Shown here: one piece after another, positions 22,816 to 35,197 of the stretch
How the letters are laid out: each line of letters starts with the position of its first letter
How positions within the stretch are numbered: the stretch's first letter is position 1
DNA from: Deltaproteobacteria bacterium
GTDB lineage: Bacteria; Myxococcota_A; Polyangia; Polyangiales; Houyiibacteriaceae
Length of the DNA stretch: 64,000 bases
Assembly (NCBI GenBank): GCA_034670305.1
Contig: JAXMNT010000020.1
Location: forward strand, 1 to 64,000
Direction: 5' to 3'
Notes under the pieces: generated by a model
Database searches by the model: none
The model's input: only the letters and a program-made list of their open reading frames with translations
Told to the model about the DNA's origin: nothing
Translations under genes and position numbers: made by a program

Positions 22816-25604
22816 ACCGGATGCTTCTGGCGCTGGTGGCAGTCGGTGGGCTGCTCGTTCTGAGCAGCTGCGACACCGACCCGTACTGTCTGACCTGTGA
22901 AGAAGAGGACGGCGGCTCGGACGCCGGCGACGCGGCCACGGGCGGAGACGTCTTGTTGGTCGATGCGCCGGTGGACGACGCGCCCGGAGACGTCGGCGAC
23001 GCCGGCTGCCTCGGCACCGAGCTCTGCAACGACGCGGATGACGACTGCGATGGCTTCGTCGACGAGGGCCTCTCGACCGATCGGGATCCGAACAACTGCG
23101 GCGCGTGCGGCAACGTCTGTTCGCCGCCGCACGCATTCGCGGTCTGCACCGACGGCGTCTGCATGGTGGGCGACTGCGACGTGGGGTTCCTCGACCTCAA
23201 CGGAGACCCCGCCGATGGCTGCGAGTACCGCTGCCTTCAGACGGCGGACGAAGACATCCTGTGTGACCTGCGCGACAACGACTGCGACGGGCTCGTGGAC
23301 GAAGACGTCGAGTTCGACACCGATCCGGACAACTGCGGAAGCTGCGGACGGGTCTGCCGCTTCCCACACTCGGACGCGAGCTGCGCGATGTCGGTGTGCC
23401 TGGTCGACATGTGCGAAGACGGCTTCTTCGACATCGACGGACGCGCGGACAACGGCTGCGAATACGCCTGCACGCTCGCCGATCCGGCCGAAGAGACCTG
23501 CAACGTGCGGGACGACGACTGCGACGGGATCGTCGACGAAGGCGACCCGGGCGGTGGCGAGGCCTGCGGCATCGACGTCGGGGCGTGCACCATCGGCACC
23601 ACCATGTGCGTCATGGGCCGAGTCGCGTGCACGGACTCGATCACACCGACGACCGAACTCTGCAACGGCGTGGACGACGACTGCGACGGCAACGTCGACC
23701 AGGGCAACCCCGAGGGCGGCCGCCTCTGTGGCTCACGCCTCGGCGCGTGCGTGCAGGGACGCGAAGTCTGCTCGGACGGCGCGATCAGCTGCGTCGGGGA
23801 GGTCATGGGCAGCGCGGAGACCTGTAACGCCATCGACGACGACTGCGATGGCATGATCGACGAAGGCAACCCCGACGGCGGCGCGGCCTGCGGAGAGACG
23901 ACCGGCGCGTGCGAAGCGGGTGCGCTCACCTGCAGCGGCGGTGGACTCGTGTGCATGGGCGGCGTGTCGCCGGCCTTCGAAGCGTGCAACTCCATGGACG
24001 ACGACTGCGACGGGATGGTCGACGAAGGCAACCCCGGCGGCGGTGCGCTCTGCGGCACGGACCTCGGCCAATGCCGACCCGGCACCCAGACCTGCAACGC
24101 GGGCACCGTGGAGTGCATCGGCGAAGTCACCGGGAGCATGGAGACCTGCAACAGCCTGGACGACGACTGCGATGGCAGCGTCGACGAAGGCAACCCGGGC
24201 GGCGGCGCGGCCTGTGGGCCCACGACGGGCGAATGCACGGCGGGCATGCTCGCATGTCGCTCGGGCACGTTCGTCTGCGAAGGCGGCACCGGACCAAACG
24301 TCGAGACCTGCGATGGCAGCGACGAAGACTGCGACGGCGCGACCGACGAAGCGTTCAACTTCATGAGCGATCCGCGCCACTGCGGCGGGTGCGGCAACAG
24401 CTGCGACGCGGACTTCGCCATCGGCATCTGCGACGGCGGCACCTGTGCGATCGGCGGCTGCGACGACGGCCACATCGACGCCAACGGCGACCCGAGCGAC
24501 GGATGCGAGTACGCCTGCTCGTTCGCAGGCGCGGAGGTGTGCAACGGCCTGGACGACGACTGCGACATGGTGGTCGACGAGACCCTCACGCCCCCGGCGA
24601 ACTTCTGTTTGAGCCGTGGCGTGTGCACCGGCACGACAGCGGTCTGCGGCGGGGCCGCGGGGTACACCTGCTCGTACCCCTCGACGTTCGAGGACTCGGA
24701 GACCCGCTGCGACACGCTGGACAACGACTGCGACGGACGAACCGACGAAGCGTATCCGCTGGCTGGCACCTCCTGCTCGGTCGGCATCGGCGCCTGTGAA
24801 GGCGTCGGCAGCTACGAGTGCAACGGGACCGAAGACGGCGTCGTCTGCAACGCGGTTCCGGCCGACGTGCCGGACGACGAAGAGTGCAACGCACTCGACG
24901 ACGACTGCGATGGTTTGGTCGACGAAGTCGGCGTGGACGATCTCGGCACCAGCTGGCGCGACGCGATCACCGCCGATGCGTTCGACACGGTGGAGGTCGA
25001 CCTCGGTGGCGGCTCGAGCATGTTGATGATGCAGTACGAGGCCTCCCGTCCGGACGCGAGCGCCTCGAGCGGCGGCAGCAACGAAACGCTCGCGTGTTCA
25101 CGGCCCGGGGTGCTGCCTTGGACCAGCGTCACCTGGCCTGAAGCACGCGACGCATGCTGCGCAATGAACCCAGGTGGCGCCTGTCCCGGCGCGGGCGCCC
25201 CCGGCTGGCAGCTCTGCGATGCCCCCGACTGGCAGACCTCGTGTGAGAGCGGCGCTGGCGGTTGCAACTGGGCCTACGAAGCGACGTGCTCCTCGAGCCA
25301 GCCGGTGGCCTGCAACGGCAAGGAGCGCGACAGCGACCCGGGTCTGCCGGGCGACCAGGACGCGGTGGCAACCGCGGGCGCGTTCCCGATGTGCCGCGCC
25401 ATCTGGGGCGCGGCGGGTTCCATCTACGACCTGAGCGGCAACGTGAAGGAGTGGACCCGCACCGCCGCGGGATCGAACATCTACGAGCAGCGCGGCGGCG
25501 CCTACAACACGATCGAGAACGGACGGGCGTGCGGGTGGGACTTCACGGTCGCCAACCAAGACTTCGCCCACCCGGCGACCGGCTTCCGCTGCTGCATGTA
25601 CTGA
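22812..25604 (+). CDS. Cys/Asp-rich repeat lipoprotein with C-terminal FGE-sulfatase-like (C-type lectin fold) domain
   Basis: Lipobox LSSC; 11 DD/NDCD-type repeats; 3 DPxN/HCGxCGxxC modules; YDLSGNVKEW…RGG…GFRCC; ATGA overlap with the upstream gene. Confidence 0.88.
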
Positions 25605-25677
25605 GGTACGGAGCAGCGCGGTGATGTGAACGAGGCCCGCTTTGGCGGGCCTTGGCCTTTGAGGACGCCCGAGTTCG

Positions 25678-26091
25678 CTACGGGACGCGGCGGATGCCGG
25701 AGCTGCTCGTGGCGAGCAATCGCTCGACCGCTTCGGCGACGGCCGCGAACTGGAACGGCTTGCGGAAGTACGCGTCGAACGACTTCAAGTGGGCGCGCGG
25801 AAGGTCGCTTCCGCTGACGAGGACGAGCCGCGGGCAATCGCTGCTCAGACGCTCGCGCAACATCTGGGCGAGCTCGACGCCGGTGCAGCGGGGCATCTGC
25901 TGATCCATGAACACGAGCGCCGGTGGGTTCGCCAGGATGACGTCGTAGGCGCGGTGCGGATCGACGAAACCGCGCACGTCCACGTCCTCGAACCAGACAC
26001 GAATGCACTCGGTGAGTCCTCGGACACTCGCGAGGTTGTCGTCGATGACAACGATGCGGACCGGCGGTGACTTCGGTTGTGGTGCTTGCAA
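25678..26091 (-). CDS. single-domain response regulator
   Basis: VIDDN, FMDQQMP, LVSG, RKPF. Confidence 0.85.
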   Translation of the reverse strand: MQAPQPKSPPVRIVVIDDNLASVRGLTECIRVWFEDVDVRGFVDPHRAYDVILANPPALVFMDQQMPRCTGVELAQMLRERLSSDCPRLVLVSGSDLPRAHLKSFDAYFRKPFQFAAVAEAVERLLATSSSGIRRVP

Positions 26092-26196
26092 TGGGCCCTC
26101 CTCTCGGCGTCCCTGGAAAGGGACCCCTCAGCTCTCCATGCACCAGGGTCGCATTTCCTTCACAGCGGGGGCCAGTCCCCCCATAATTTACTGCCG

Positions 26197-27873
26197 CTAC
26201 GTGGCGCCGCTACCCTTGCGGCGGCCGACGAAGGCCATCCAGAGGATGCCGAGAAGCGCCATCCAACCGGGCCAGTCGCCTACATAGGCATACACCGTCT
26301 GTCCGGTCAGGAGCGGCAGCGATGCGGCGCGCTGGCCCCGCTCCTCGACCCCGATCGTGTCGATCACCCGGCCGACCGGATCGACGAACGCCGAGACGCC
26401 GCTGTTGGTCGACCGTACGAGCGCACGGTGGTGTTCGACCGCGCGGAACTTCGCGAGTGCGAGGTGGATCCACGGTTCGTGGGTGTCGCCGAACCACGCG
26501 TCGTTGGTGATGTTCGCGAGCAGGTGGGGGTTCCCTTCGCGGACTGCGCCGCGGGTGAACCTCGGCAGCACGTCCTCGTAACAGACCAGCGTCGAGATCC
26601 GGACCTCGCCCGCGTCGGTCGGCAAGACCAGCGGGCGCACGTGATCGCCCGGGGTGAAGCGGCCGCTGTTCGGAGACCAGTCGTAGACGATCGGGAACAT
26701 CTCTCCGAACGGCAGGTACTCGCCGAACATCAAGAGGTAGGTCTTGTCGTAGGTGCCAAGAACCTCGCCGGTCGCCGAGGTCAGGTACGCGGTGTTGTAC
26801 GCGTGCAAACGCTGGCCGCCCTCCCCATCCGGACCACGACGACGCGCCAGCCCACCGAAGAGCACGGGCGTCTCGATCGGACCAAGGATCCGCTCGCGCA
26901 CGTTGGTGACCTGTTCCGGAAGAAAGAAGGTGTACGCGCTCTCGGGCCACACGAGCAGCTCGAGCTCAGGGTGTTCGGCGACCAGGTCGGCGCTCTGGGA
27001 GAGGTGACGCCGGTGCCCGAGGAAGGGGTCTCCGTGTTTGTCGAAGATCCCCATGTTGACCTGCACCATGCCGACCTCGAGGTGGCGCGCTTCGGCGGCG
27101 CGCGCGTCGACCTGGTGCATCCGGAACAGCCCGTAGCCAAGCGTCGCCACAAGTGCCGCAGCCACGACCGCCACGGTCCGGCGCGGAAGCGCGGCGTGGG
27201 CGCGGCGGGCAACGATCGTTTCGTAGAGGGCCCCGTTGATGCCCATGATCACAGCGCTGAGCAGCATCGGTCCGCCGAGGTCGGCGACCTGGAGCAGCGG
27301 GACCACGTCGTGAAAACCGGTCGCCAAGAAACTCGGAAACAGCACCGGGTACGAGAGTTCGAGGGCGAGCAACGCGGCGATGCCGCTGATCGTCACCCCG
27401 AAGCCGCGGCGGCGCGCTTTGCCATAGAGCCAGTAGATCAACATCTGCTGGCCGCCCTGGTAGAGGAAGAACACGCTGGCCATGCCCCAACAGAGGGCTT
27501 CGTTGAAGCCGGAGAAGCTCTTCAGCATCTCCACGAGCCAGTAGTAGCCGCCGGTGTAGGCGACGAAGCCGTGGGTCAGCCCCAGTCGGAGCAGACGTTT
27601 TCCGCTCGCGTTCGGTTCCGCATCGACGACGTAGAACATCGGCAGGAAGCAGAACAACGCGAACGGCCACCAGCTGAACCCCGCGTAGCCGAGGCACTGG
27701 GCTGCGCCCCCGAGGGCCACGAGCAGGAGGTGTTTGCGGGCGGTGGTCTTGTCGACCTGCGCAGGCGGCGGCTTGGAGGCGGGCGCCGCCTCCTCGGGCG
27801 GAGGCTCGGCCGCTTTCTTGCGGCGCTTCTTGGAACGCTCAGCCGATGCCGAGCGTCTTTTTGACCTTGCCAA
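26197..27873 (-). CDS. lnt: apolipoprotein N-acyltransferase
   Basis: TM region plus nitrilase-type triad WPESAY / YDK…FGEYLP / LVCYED, TNDAWFG, RSTNSGVS; start uncertain. Confidence 0.93.
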   Translation of the reverse strand: MARSKRRSASAERSKKRRKKAAEPPPEEAAPASKPPPAQVDKTTARKHLLLVALGGAAQCLGYAGFSWWPFALFCFLPMFYVVDAEPNASGKRLLRLGLTHGFVAYTGGYYWLVEMLKSFSGFNEALCWGMASVFFLYQGGQQMLIYWLYGKARRRGFGVTISGIAALLALELSYPVLFPSFLATGFHDVVPLLQVADLGGPMLLSAVIMGINGALYETIVARRAHAALPRRTVAVVAAALVATLGYGLFRMHQVDARAAEARHLEVGMVQVNMGIFDKHGDPFLGHRRHLSQSADLVAEHPELELLVWPESAYTFFLPEQVTNVRERILGPIETPVLFGGLARRRGPDGEGGQRLHAYNTAYLTSATGEVLGTYDKTYLLMFGEYLPFGEMFPIVYDWSPNSGRFTPGDHVRPLVLPTDAGEVRISTLVCYEDVLPRFTRGAVREGNPHLLANITNDAWFGDTHEPWIHLALAKFRAVEHHRALVRSTNSGVSAFVDPVGRVIDTIGVEERGQRAASLPLLTGQTVYAYVGDWPGWMALLGILWMAFVGRRKGSGAT

Positions 27874-28246
27874 GGAACGTTTCCCGGTCGAACGGTTTGG
27901 TGACGTAGTGGCGTGCGCCGGCGTTGATCCCCGTGATCATGTCGCGGGGTCCGCCCTTGGCGGTGAGCAAGATCACCGGAATGAGCTTCAAGGCTTCGTC
28001 GTGCTTCATCCGATTGGTGAGGGTCAGTCCATCCATGCGCGGCATCATGATGTCGCTGATGAGCAGATCGGGCGGGTCGTTGTGGCGGAGGTAGGTGTAC
28101 GCCTCCATGCCATCGGCCACGGACTCCACGTCGGCGAAAGACCGAAGGATCAGCGTGATCATCTTCCGCAACGCCGGGTCGTCTTCTGCCACGAGGATCC
28201 GGGGACGGCGTTCCTTTTTCGCGGGGGTCTTGGGTACGCTTCCCAT
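27839..28246 (-). CDS. single-domain response regulator
   Basis: AEDD, ISDIMMPRMDG, LLTA, TKPF. Confidence 0.9.
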   Translation of the reverse strand: MGSVPKTPAKKERRPRILVAEDDPALRKMITLILRSFADVESVADGMEAYTYLRHNDPPDLLISDIMMPRMDGLTLTNRMKHDEALKLIPVILLTAKGGPRDMITGINAGARHYVTKPFDRETFLGKVKKTLGIG

Positions 28247-28350
28247 AGCCAGATGACCTAAGCACATCTGTCCGGGGTGGGCGAGGCCGTTGAATGGACA
28301 GGCCTACAACGGGCTGCGCGACCCACGAGAAACCGGCTACCTTGCGGTCG

Positions 28351-30276
28351 ATGTTCAGCCGCTTTCGTCCGCAGTGTGTCTCCGTCGGTTGGTTCGTGGC
28401 CCTGTGCCTGACGATGTCGTCGTGTGGCGAGCCCACCTTCGAGGGCGAGGCGGTGGCGGTGTTCAACGTGCCGCGCACGGGCGCCGAGCCGTTCTTCGAC
28501 CTGCCCTGGCCGAGCGATCTTCGCGTCACCCCGGACGGCGCGATCGACATGCGCGACTTCCCGAACCCGTCGATCCCGATCCTCACGCAGTACCTCGAAC
28601 GCCTGTCGACGACGGTGCGCGGGTACAGCGTCAGCGCGCCGAACTATCTCCGGTTCGGCACGGCGATCGACGTGGACTCGCTGCCTCCGAACCCGTCCGC
28701 ATCGCTCGAGACCGACGCGTCGGTCTTTCTGATCAACGTGGACGCGGACAGCCCGTCGGTCGGCACCCGCCACCCCTCGGTCACGCACTACTACGACCCC
28801 GAATCGACCTGGTGGCCGGGACACTGCCTCGCGGTGCGTCCGGTGCACGGCGCCATCTTGCGCCCGAACACCACCTACGCCGCCGTCGTGACCCGGGCCC
28901 TGCGCGCCGCCGACGGCCGCATGCTCCAGAGGAGCGCCGACCTCGAAGCCATCGTGGACCCCAGCGTCGCGGCCGACGAAGCCGTCGTCGATGCCCGGCG
29001 CATCTACGAACCCGCGCTGGCCGCGATCGAAGCCGCAGGCTTGCCGCGCGACCAGGTGTTGAGCCTCACCGTCTTCACGACCCAGGACCCGACCGCAGAA
29101 CTCACGGCCGCCCGCGACTGGCTCGTCGATCAGCCGCCGCCCGAGTCGGTCGATCGCACCTGGGCGTTCGTCCGTGAAGAAGAGGGCTACTCGGTATTCG
29201 AAGGCCGCTACCACTCGTTGCTCTTCCAGAACGGCGAGCCGCCCTATGCCTCGAGCGGTGGTGCGATCGAGTTCGACGCGTCCGGGGACCCGATCACCCA
29301 CGGCACGTTCGAAGCCCGCTTCGCCATGACGGTGCCAGACACCGAACCACCCGCGGCGGGCTTCCCGCTCGTGCTCTACGCCCACGGCACCGGCGGCAGC
29401 TACGAGACCTTCATTCGCAACGACGTGGGACCGCGCCTCGCGCAGCTCGGCATCGCCACCATGGGCGTCGACCAGATCCACCACGGCAACCGAGCCCCCG
29501 AAGGGGTCGGACCCGAAGGGCTGGTGTTCAACTTCACGAACCCCGACGCGTTCCGAGACAACGCCCGCCAGTCCGCGCTCGACGTGGTCGAGCAGGTGCG
29601 GTTTGCGCTCTCTGAAGGGGTCTCGCGCGAGGTCATCTCGGGCGGTCGCACATTCGACCCGGACAACATCTTCTTCATGGGCCACAGCCAGGGGGGACTG
29701 AACGGTCCGCTCTTTCTCGCCATCGACGACCACACACGCGGCGGGGTGCTGAGCGGCGCCGGCGGCCACCTGCCGATCGCGCTCGTCGACAAAGTGCAGC
29801 CCATCAACATTCCGACCATCGTCGTCACGCTGCTGCGCATCCGGGACACGGAGCTCGAACATCTGGTCTACGAACACCCGGTGTACGCGGCCCTCCAGAC
29901 CTGGACCGAGGTGGCCGATCCGACCAACTACGGCCACTTCCTCTTTCATCAGCCGCGCCCGGGTTTTGCGCCGAAACACATTCTTCAGACCGAGGGCATC
30001 ACCGACCAGTACACCCCGCCGCGCGCCATCGAAGCGCTGGCGCTGGCAGCGCGGATCCCGGTGCTCGGTGAGGTCCTCACGCCCATCGACGGTGCGTCGG
30101 TGCTCGGGATCGATCCCCAGACCCGCCCCGCCAGCGGCAACATGCCGAGCGGCGTGACCGCAGGCCTGCTCCAGTTCTCCGGCGGGCACTTCGTGGCGTT
30201 CGACGACGGTCCACACGCCACCATCGATGCGTTCTTCGACTCCCTCGTACGCGACGGCGTTCCGACCATCGAGTGA
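28351..30276 (+). CDS. alpha/beta-hydrolase lipoprotein with Ig-like N-terminal region
   Basis: Lipobox MSSC; PWPSD; YAHGTGG; nucleophile elbow GHSQGG; TACCTT 7 nt before the ATG. Confidence 0.82.
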   Translation: MFSRFRPQCVSVGWFVALCLTMSSCGEPTFEGEAVAVFNVPRTGAEPFFDLPWPSDLRVTPDGAIDMRDFPNPSIPILTQYLERLSTTVRGYSVSAPNYLRFGTAIDVDSLPPNPSASLETDASVFLINVDADSPSVGTRHPSVTHYYDPESTWWPGHCLAVRPVHGAILRPNTTYAAVVTRALRAADGRMLQRSADLEAIVDPSVAADEAVVDARRIYEPALAAIEAAGLPRDQVLSLTVFTTQDPTAELTAARDWLVDQPPPESVDRTWAFVREEEGYSVFEGRYHSLLFQNGEPPYASSGGAIEFDASGDPITHGTFEARFAMTVPDTEPPAAGFPLVLYAHGTGGSYETFIRNDVGPRLAQLGIATMGVDQIHHGNRAPEGVGPEGLVFNFTNPDAFRDNARQSALDVVEQVRFALSEGVSREVISGGRTFDPDNIFFMGHSQGGLNGPLFLAIDDHTRGGVLSGAGGHLPIALVDKVQPINIPTIVVTLLRIRDTELEHLVYEHPVYAALQTWTEVADPTNYGHFLFHQPRPGFAPKHILQTEGITDQYTPPRAIEALALAARIPVLGEVLTPIDGASVLGIDPQTRPASGNMPSGVTAGLLQFSGGHFVAFDDGPHATIDAFFDSLVRDGVPTIE

Positions 30277-30974
30277 CCGGCGACGGCGACATCGACCACG
30301 ATGCGCTGGTTCGAGACGCCGCTACGACCGCGGGGCTCGACCCCAAACGAGTGGCCCGGCTCGCCGTGAAGTGGACGGGTGAGATCGTCAAAGCGCGGCT
30401 CGAGGAGATCCTCGGCGAGGACGGAGAGACGCAGCGCGGTCGGGTGCAGCGCAGCGACGTCGCCTGGAAGGGGCCACCCCTGTGGCTGGCGATGCAGAAC
30501 GAGGGCGCGGTGCCGCCCGACCTGCCGCTCGCAGTGATGCCTTTGCCCGAGGCCTACCGCGGCGCGGCGTCGCTCGGGCAGTTGCCCGGCCCCGTCCAGG
30601 ACCACCTGCGGGACACCCTCGATGGCTGGGCGCGGACCTCGGGCGGCGTGACCCCGCCGCACCGAGTGAGCGCGTGGCGTTCGGACGTCGTGCACGCGTA
30701 CGCGTCGCCGTACCACCTGTGGGTCGACCTCCACACGCGAGAGGTCCTGCTCGCGGTCGAAGAACGCACCAAGGGGAAGATCATGCGCGGCATGGCGATG
30801 ACCGGGCTCGCGGGGGCGGGCGCCGGCGGCTTCGGACTGCTGCTCGGCCCTTATGTCGCGGTCCTCTCGCTCGTGTTCGGATCGACGGTGGCCGCGGTCC
30901 AGGTTCGAGACGGCCTCAAGCGCAAGTACCGCACCGTCTACGCCGCCGATCCAAAGAGGCCTGGCGGCCCGTAG
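30273..30974 (+). CDS. hypothetical protein with C-terminal TM hairpin
   Basis: GTGA overlap with the hydrolase gene; hydrophobic C-terminal segments. Confidence 0.65.
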   Translation: MTGDGDIDHDALVRDAATTAGLDPKRVARLAVKWTGEIVKARLEEILGEDGETQRGRVQRSDVAWKGPPLWLAMQNEGAVPPDLPLAVMPLPEAYRGAASLGQLPGPVQDHLRDTLDGWARTSGGVTPPHRVSAWRSDVVHAYASPYHLWVDLHTREVLLAVEERTKGKIMRGMAMTGLAGAGAGGFGLLLGPYVAVLSLVFGSTVAAVQVRDGLKRKYRTVYAADPKRPGGP

Positions 30975-31029
30975 CGGGTGCCCGCAAGCAACGGGGGAGA
31001 TCCTGTTTGGAACGTCGTATGCTCGGGCC

Positions 31030-31281
31030 ATGACGGAAGACATCAGTGACAACGCGCTGAAGGAACTGGGTGCGCGGGTACGCACAGCGCAGCGCCGCAA
31101 CATGATGGTGCGCTTTGCTGCGGTGGTGGTCGTCATCACCGGGTTCTGTCTCGGTCTGTGGTGCCGGTCCCTTCTGGAGCACCGCGGCAGTGGACTTCAG
31201 TGGGCCGGGTTGATCGTTGGGCTGACCATCGCGGGTTTCATGGTCAACAAGCTCGAGGTCCAGGTCGAAGAAATCGAGTAG
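31030..31281 (+). CDS. small 2-TM hypothetical protein
   Basis: MTEDISDNALKELG…; two hydrophobic stretches; TATGCT 6 nt before the ATG. Confidence 0.6.
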   Translation: MTEDISDNALKELGARVRTAQRRNMMVRFAAVVVVITGFCLGLWCRSLLEHRGSGLQWAGLIVGLTIAGFMVNKLEVQVEEIE

Positions 31282-31563
31282 CCGTCTACTCGCTGCCCTC
31301 GGGGCTGAGTTGCTGATCTTCCCGAGCCCCGCCACGCCGTCGTCGAAGGACTTCTGGACGAGTGCCTCGAGGTGTTCGATGCGCGCCCGCAGGTGCGCTT
31401 TGTCGTCGCGGTACGCGTCCACACAAACAGGCTATCGAGGACCGAACTTGGGCGCGAGGCCGAACAGAGGTTGACGGGAGGGCGTGCGGGGTTCGATGCT
31501 GGCAGACCACCCGCTGCATGGCGGATCAACACACGCCGGGCGAGGCGGGACGGAGTCGACGAG

Positions 31564-32076
31564 ATGGGCCAGGACAAGAGCGAGCAAGGGAAGCTGACCG
31601 TGACGGGACGTCACTCGGAGATCCCCGCCCCGCATGTGGCCATCGACGAAGCCGGAAGCGACGTCATCATCGTCGTCACCCAGGCGTTCGGCCCGAAGGG
31701 CGACAACCTCGTGGGCCACTCCGATGTGTTGTTCGATGGGCACCCGGCGGTGAGCATTGGCGTGCGGACCCCCGACGGCCGCGAAGGCGTCGTGCATCTG
31801 AGCCCGATTCATGGCGACCCGCGCAAAGAAGGTTTCGATGCGGTCGCGCCCGGCACCCACTGCGTCCTCTTCTGCCCGGTGTCGAAAGAGCCCCTTCCGA
31901 TCCTCGGGCAGGTCGAAGACGGAAGCGGCGCGAACTACCGCGCGCTCTACCTGACGCCCAAGCTCGATGAGAGCGCAGTCGTGATGATCAGCGACGTGTG
32001 GGCGCACTTCCACTCGCGCATCGTCGACGACATGGAGCTGCTCTCGTACTGGGCAGTCACCCACGAAGACGAGTAG
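31564..32076 (+). CDS. hypothetical protein
   Basis: Globular-looking ORF with HLSPIHGD and CVLFCPVS; start chosen at ATG 31564. Confidence 0.7.
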   Translation: MGQDKSEQGKLTVTGRHSEIPAPHVAIDEAGSDVIIVVTQAFGPKGDNLVGHSDVLFDGHPAVSIGVRTPDGREGVVHLSPIHGDPRKEGFDAVAPGTHCVLFCPVSKEPLPILGQVEDGSGANYRALYLTPKLDESAVVMISDVWAHFHSRIVDDMELLSYWAVTHEDE

Positions 32077-32184
32077 CGCTTCACTGCGCCTCGAACAGCA
32101 ACACTCCGCATCGGGCAACCCGCACTGCGTCTCGACGGCTCGGTTGCGAGCAAAGGCAAGCGAGGGAGGAAGACCTTCTCCCTC

Positions 32185-33006
32185 GTGCTCCTTGCCTGCG
32201 CGTCGTTCCTCCTCCTCTGGGGATACGGACGCCGGCCAAGCCGCAGCCACGTCAGCGTCGAGTTCGAGGAAGGCGCACGCTACGAGCGCCGCATGGTCGG
32301 CGACGCGCTCGTTCACGAGCTCCGGCTCCGACTCGAACGCTTCGAGGTCGTCGTCTCTCGACCAGACTTGGCCCGCGCGCGCGGTCCCGAAGGCGGCCAC
32401 GGCTTCCCCGCGCGAACGGTGCGCGAGTTCGCGCGCAGCGAGCGCGTGTTCGCCGCCATCAACGCGAACTTCTTCCATCCGTTCCACTCGAACGCGCCCT
32501 GGGACTTCAGTCCGCGGGCCGGTGAAACCAGCTGGCCGATCGGTGACGTGATCTCGGGCGGCGTATCGTACGGAACCGTGGTGACCGATGCCGACGAGCC
32601 ATGGCCCGCCGCCTGCTTCGATCGCACCGGCGTCGCCTTCGCGCTCCGCTGCCCCGCCGGGACCGTACACGCGGTCGCCGGCCAGACCTGGCTGGTGCAG
32701 GAAGGCGCCGCCGTGCCGCACCGCTCGGACGCGGTCGCACCCCGCACCGCGCTCGGCGTCGACGGTGAGGGCCGGGTCGTCCTGGTGGTCGTTGACGGAC
32801 GCCAACCGCTCTACTCGCCCGGCCTGACGCTGGATGCGCTGGCGAGCCACCTCGCCACTCGAAACCTGGTCGACGCGATCAACTTGGACGGCGGCGGCTC
32901 TTCGGTCCTCGTGGTCGAGGGCGCGGTGTGGAGCGCGCCCATCCACACGCGCTTGCCGATGCGCATGCGCCCGGTGGCGGTGCAGCTCGGGTTCCGGGCG
33001 CGGTAG
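32185..33006 (+). CDS. phosphodiester glycosidase family protein (NAGPA/DUF2233-like)
   Basis: AINANFF, PRTALG, VVVDGRQ, AINLDGGGSS. Confidence 0.88.
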   Translation: MLLACASFLLLWGYGRRPSRSHVSVEFEEGARYERRMVGDALVHELRLRLERFEVVVSRPDLARARGPEGGHGFPARTVREFARSERVFAAINANFFHPFHSNAPWDFSPRAGETSWPIGDVISGGVSYGTVVTDADEPWPAACFDRTGVAFALRCPAGTVHAVAGQTWLVQEGAAVPHRSDAVAPRTALGVDGEGRVVLVVVDGRQPLYSPGLTLDALASHLATRNLVDAINLDGGGSSVLVVEGAVWSAPIHTRLPMRMRPVAVQLGFRAR

Positions 33007-33015
33007 GGACAGCGT

Positions 33016-33160
33016 GCTGCTGACTCTGCTGCTGACTCTACTCTGCCGCTGACTCTGCCGCTGACTCTGCCGCTGACTCTGCTGCTGACTCTGCTGCTGA
33101 CTCTGCTGCTGACTCTGCTGCTGACTCTGCTGCTGACTCTGGCTGACTCTGCCGCTGAGT
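33016..33160. repeat. 12-bp tandem repeat GC(T/C)GCTGACTCT, ~12 copies
   Basis: Read directly; intergenic between convergent genes. Confidence 0.95.
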
Positions 33161-33197
33161 CCCCCCACGAGAAGGGGCGCAGCGCTGGAGGATGAAG

Positions 33198-33416
33198 GTC
33201 GGATTCGGCGTCGGCGTCGGCTTCGGCGTCGGCTTCGGCGTCGGCGTCGGCGTCGGCGTCGGCTTCGGCGTCGGTTTCGGCGTCGGTTTCGGCGTCGGTT
33301 TCGGATTCGGCTTCGGCTTCGGCTTCGGCTTCGGCTTCGGCTTCGGCTTCGGCTTCGGCGTCGGCTTCGGATTCGGCGTCGGCTTCGGCGTCGGCTTCGA
33401 CGTCGGCTTCGGCTTC
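33198..33416. repeat. hexamer tract (GGCTTC/GGCGTC)n, ~36 units
   Basis: Read directly; same unit types as 60688-60886. Confidence 0.95.
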
Positions 33417-33429
33417 CGCCTCTCCGCGC

Positions 33430-33892
33430 CTACAGCAGGCCGAGTTCCAGCAGCGCTTCGTCCGTCATCCGGTCTTTGGTCCAGGGCGGATCCCAGACCA
33501 GCTGCACGTGGCTGCGCGCGACACCCTTCGTCCCGCCGACCTTCTCAGCCACATCGCGCACGATCTGACCTGCGACCGGACACGCCGGCGCGGTGAGGGT
33601 CATGCGCACTTCCACGTCCGCTCCGTCGACGAGGATCTCGTAGATGAGCCCGAGGTCGAAGACGTTCAGCGGGATCTCGGGATCGTAGATGGTGCGCAAG
33701 GTGTCGACGACGCGCTCTTTGAGCACCTCGGGTTCGACGACTTCGGCCGTCGAACCCGAGCCCCCGAAGGCTTCGTCGAGATCCTCGTCCCCCGCTTCCG
33801 GCGGTGGAGGCCCAGCGACCGGCAGGTGCACGCGCTTCTTCGCACCGGTCTTGGGCGGGATCTTGTGGACCTTCAGGTCCTCGATGTCGAAG

Positions 33893-33900
<8 letters not shown>
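33430..33900 (-). CDS. sufT: DUF59 Fe-S cluster assembly protein (SufT-like)
   Basis: [32 protein letters not shown]; start GTG 33900 (overlapping the sufS stop) or 33927. Confidence 0.88.

Positions 33901-35193
<1,293 letters not shown>

Positions 35194-35197
<4 letters not shown>

Noticed and set aside
25020-25604. Diversity-generating retroelement target (FGE/C-lectin C-terminus)
   Set aside because: No template repeat or reverse transcriptase seen in the window
33192-33596. (GF/GV)n ORF after GGAGG
   Set aside because: It is the translation of the hexamer tract, the GGAGG abuts the ATG with no spacing, and the ORF runs antisense into sufT
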